From Amphiscolops sp. MND2022 (lineage: Eukaryota): DNA of 64,000 bases. The notes beneath the pieces are model-generated. The model was given only the letters and a program-made list of their open reading frames with translations, was not told the DNA's origin and searched no databases. A program made the translations under genes and the position numbers. The number at the start of each line of letters is the position of its first letter. Position 1 is the stretch's first letter. Positions 62,876 through 64,000 of this stretch are shown here, piece by piece. The stretch is taken from positions 49,848,001-49,912,000 of the forward strand of contig OZ076410.1 in NCBI GenBank assembly GCA_964187785.1, written 5' to 3'.

Positions 62876-63518
62876 TCTGATGCTTGTTCAACAAAAAATA
62901 AAACGCAAAATTTTCTACTGATACTTCTTTGTTCCAATCTGGAAAACATAATCCCTTGGGATTTATAACGTTAAAAACCGAGGGGCGCACCGATTGGCTT
63001 GCGGCAATTAATTTATGAATTAATCAAAATGTGAAATTTATTTTACCTCCACAGTTGAAAGTTGATAACATCTGTCGTAAAAACAAATGTGCATTTTCGT
63101 CATAAAGATGGTTACGGAAAGGCTCACTCTTTGAACTACATCTTGTTTTCGTGTTTGAGTATTCCTCGGTAATACCGGTCTCTCAGCCGAGACTCCCTCT
63201 GATGCTTGTTCAACAAAAAATAAAACGCAAAATTTTCTAATGATACTTCTTTGTTCCAATCTGGAAAACATAATCCCTTGGGATTTATAACGTTAAAAAC
63301 CGAGGGGCGCACCGATTGGCTTGCAGCAATTAATTTATGAATTTTTCAAAATGTGAAATTTATTTTACCTCCACAGTTGAAAGTTGATAACATCTGTCGT
63401 AAAAACAAATGTGCATTTTCGTCATAAAGATGGTTACGGAAAGGCTCACTCTTTCAACTACACTTGTTTTCGTGTTTGAGTATTCCTCGGTAATACCGGT
63501 CTCTCAGCCGAGACTCCC
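62876..63518. repeat. Near-identical 322-bp tandem duplication
   Basis: 62876-63197 and 63198-63518 differ at only a few positions. Confidence 0.95.
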
Positions 63519-64000
63519 CATTCTTTCTGTGTCACTGGTCCAGAACCGGCCCTTAAGGCGTTTTGGATTTGGGGCAAAACTTGATTACTGATTGCATCAT
63601 TAATAACCCTCTGAATCTGGACGCTGACACTATTCATAACCTCATCCCTTGAGATTCTCAAGTTGAGTTCACCTGATAATCTATTAAATTCAGCAGTAGA
63701 ATCAGTACCAGCTGAGTTATGGCCGTAATTGGCGCTGTTACTTGGTCTATTTTCCCTAGAATTGAGGTAGTTTTCTTCTTCTAATGATATGTACTTTGGA
63801 CTATCCGGTCTCCTAAAGGAGTCACCAATCTCACTTTCTCCTCTTTCTAGGTGATCACTTCCTAACATAATATCTAGATTGTCTTTGTCAGATTACATTT
63901 CTACTCCTCTAGACTGTCTAGCTTTCTTCTGTTTTCTAGTGGTAGGCATCAAGAAATCCTGATTCCAACAAAATTGTGTCCCTCCCAAGGAAGCTGTGAG
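63432..64000 (-). mobile_element. gag: LTR end with gag N-terminus (MPTTRKQKKARQSRG...), continues beyond the window
   Basis: ATG at 63949; homologous to 14733-15213; ends CGTAACCA with no PBS following (solo or 3' LTR). Confidence 0.75.

Overview
Eukaryotic (invertebrate-like, AT-rich) genomic window dominated by nested, mostly decayed transposable elements, with one 200-N scaffold gap. Main contents: (1) at least six Ty3/Gypsy LTR-retrotransposon copies or fragments. The largest is a minus-strand element at 38146-57980 with ~1.8-1.9 kb LTRs, a near-matching 5-bp TSD and gag-pol. Its 3-kb post-integrase region carries an antisense, intron-containing accessory gene, and its 5' LTR is interrupted by a second 7.4-kb non-autonomous LTR element (50486-57908, perfect ACATA TSD) containing a 3x ~1385-bp internal tandem amplification. 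In these long-LTR families the gag N-terminus is encoded inside the LTR and the PBS is translated as M-V-T-G. (2) A Gypsy copy with a third, coiled-coil/TM-ended ORF (~16.7-26.4 kb). (3) Tc1/mariner, CRE-type RLE non-LTR, L2/CR1-like LINE and possible Penelope-like remnants, Helentron-like non-autonomous elements and a ~1-kb foldback. (4) A likely spliced host gene on the minus strand (16145 to 10984) encoding a signal peptide plus an Ig-like domain. No rRNA, tRNA or CRISPR array was recognised. All identities are by-eye estimates and no database searches were run.
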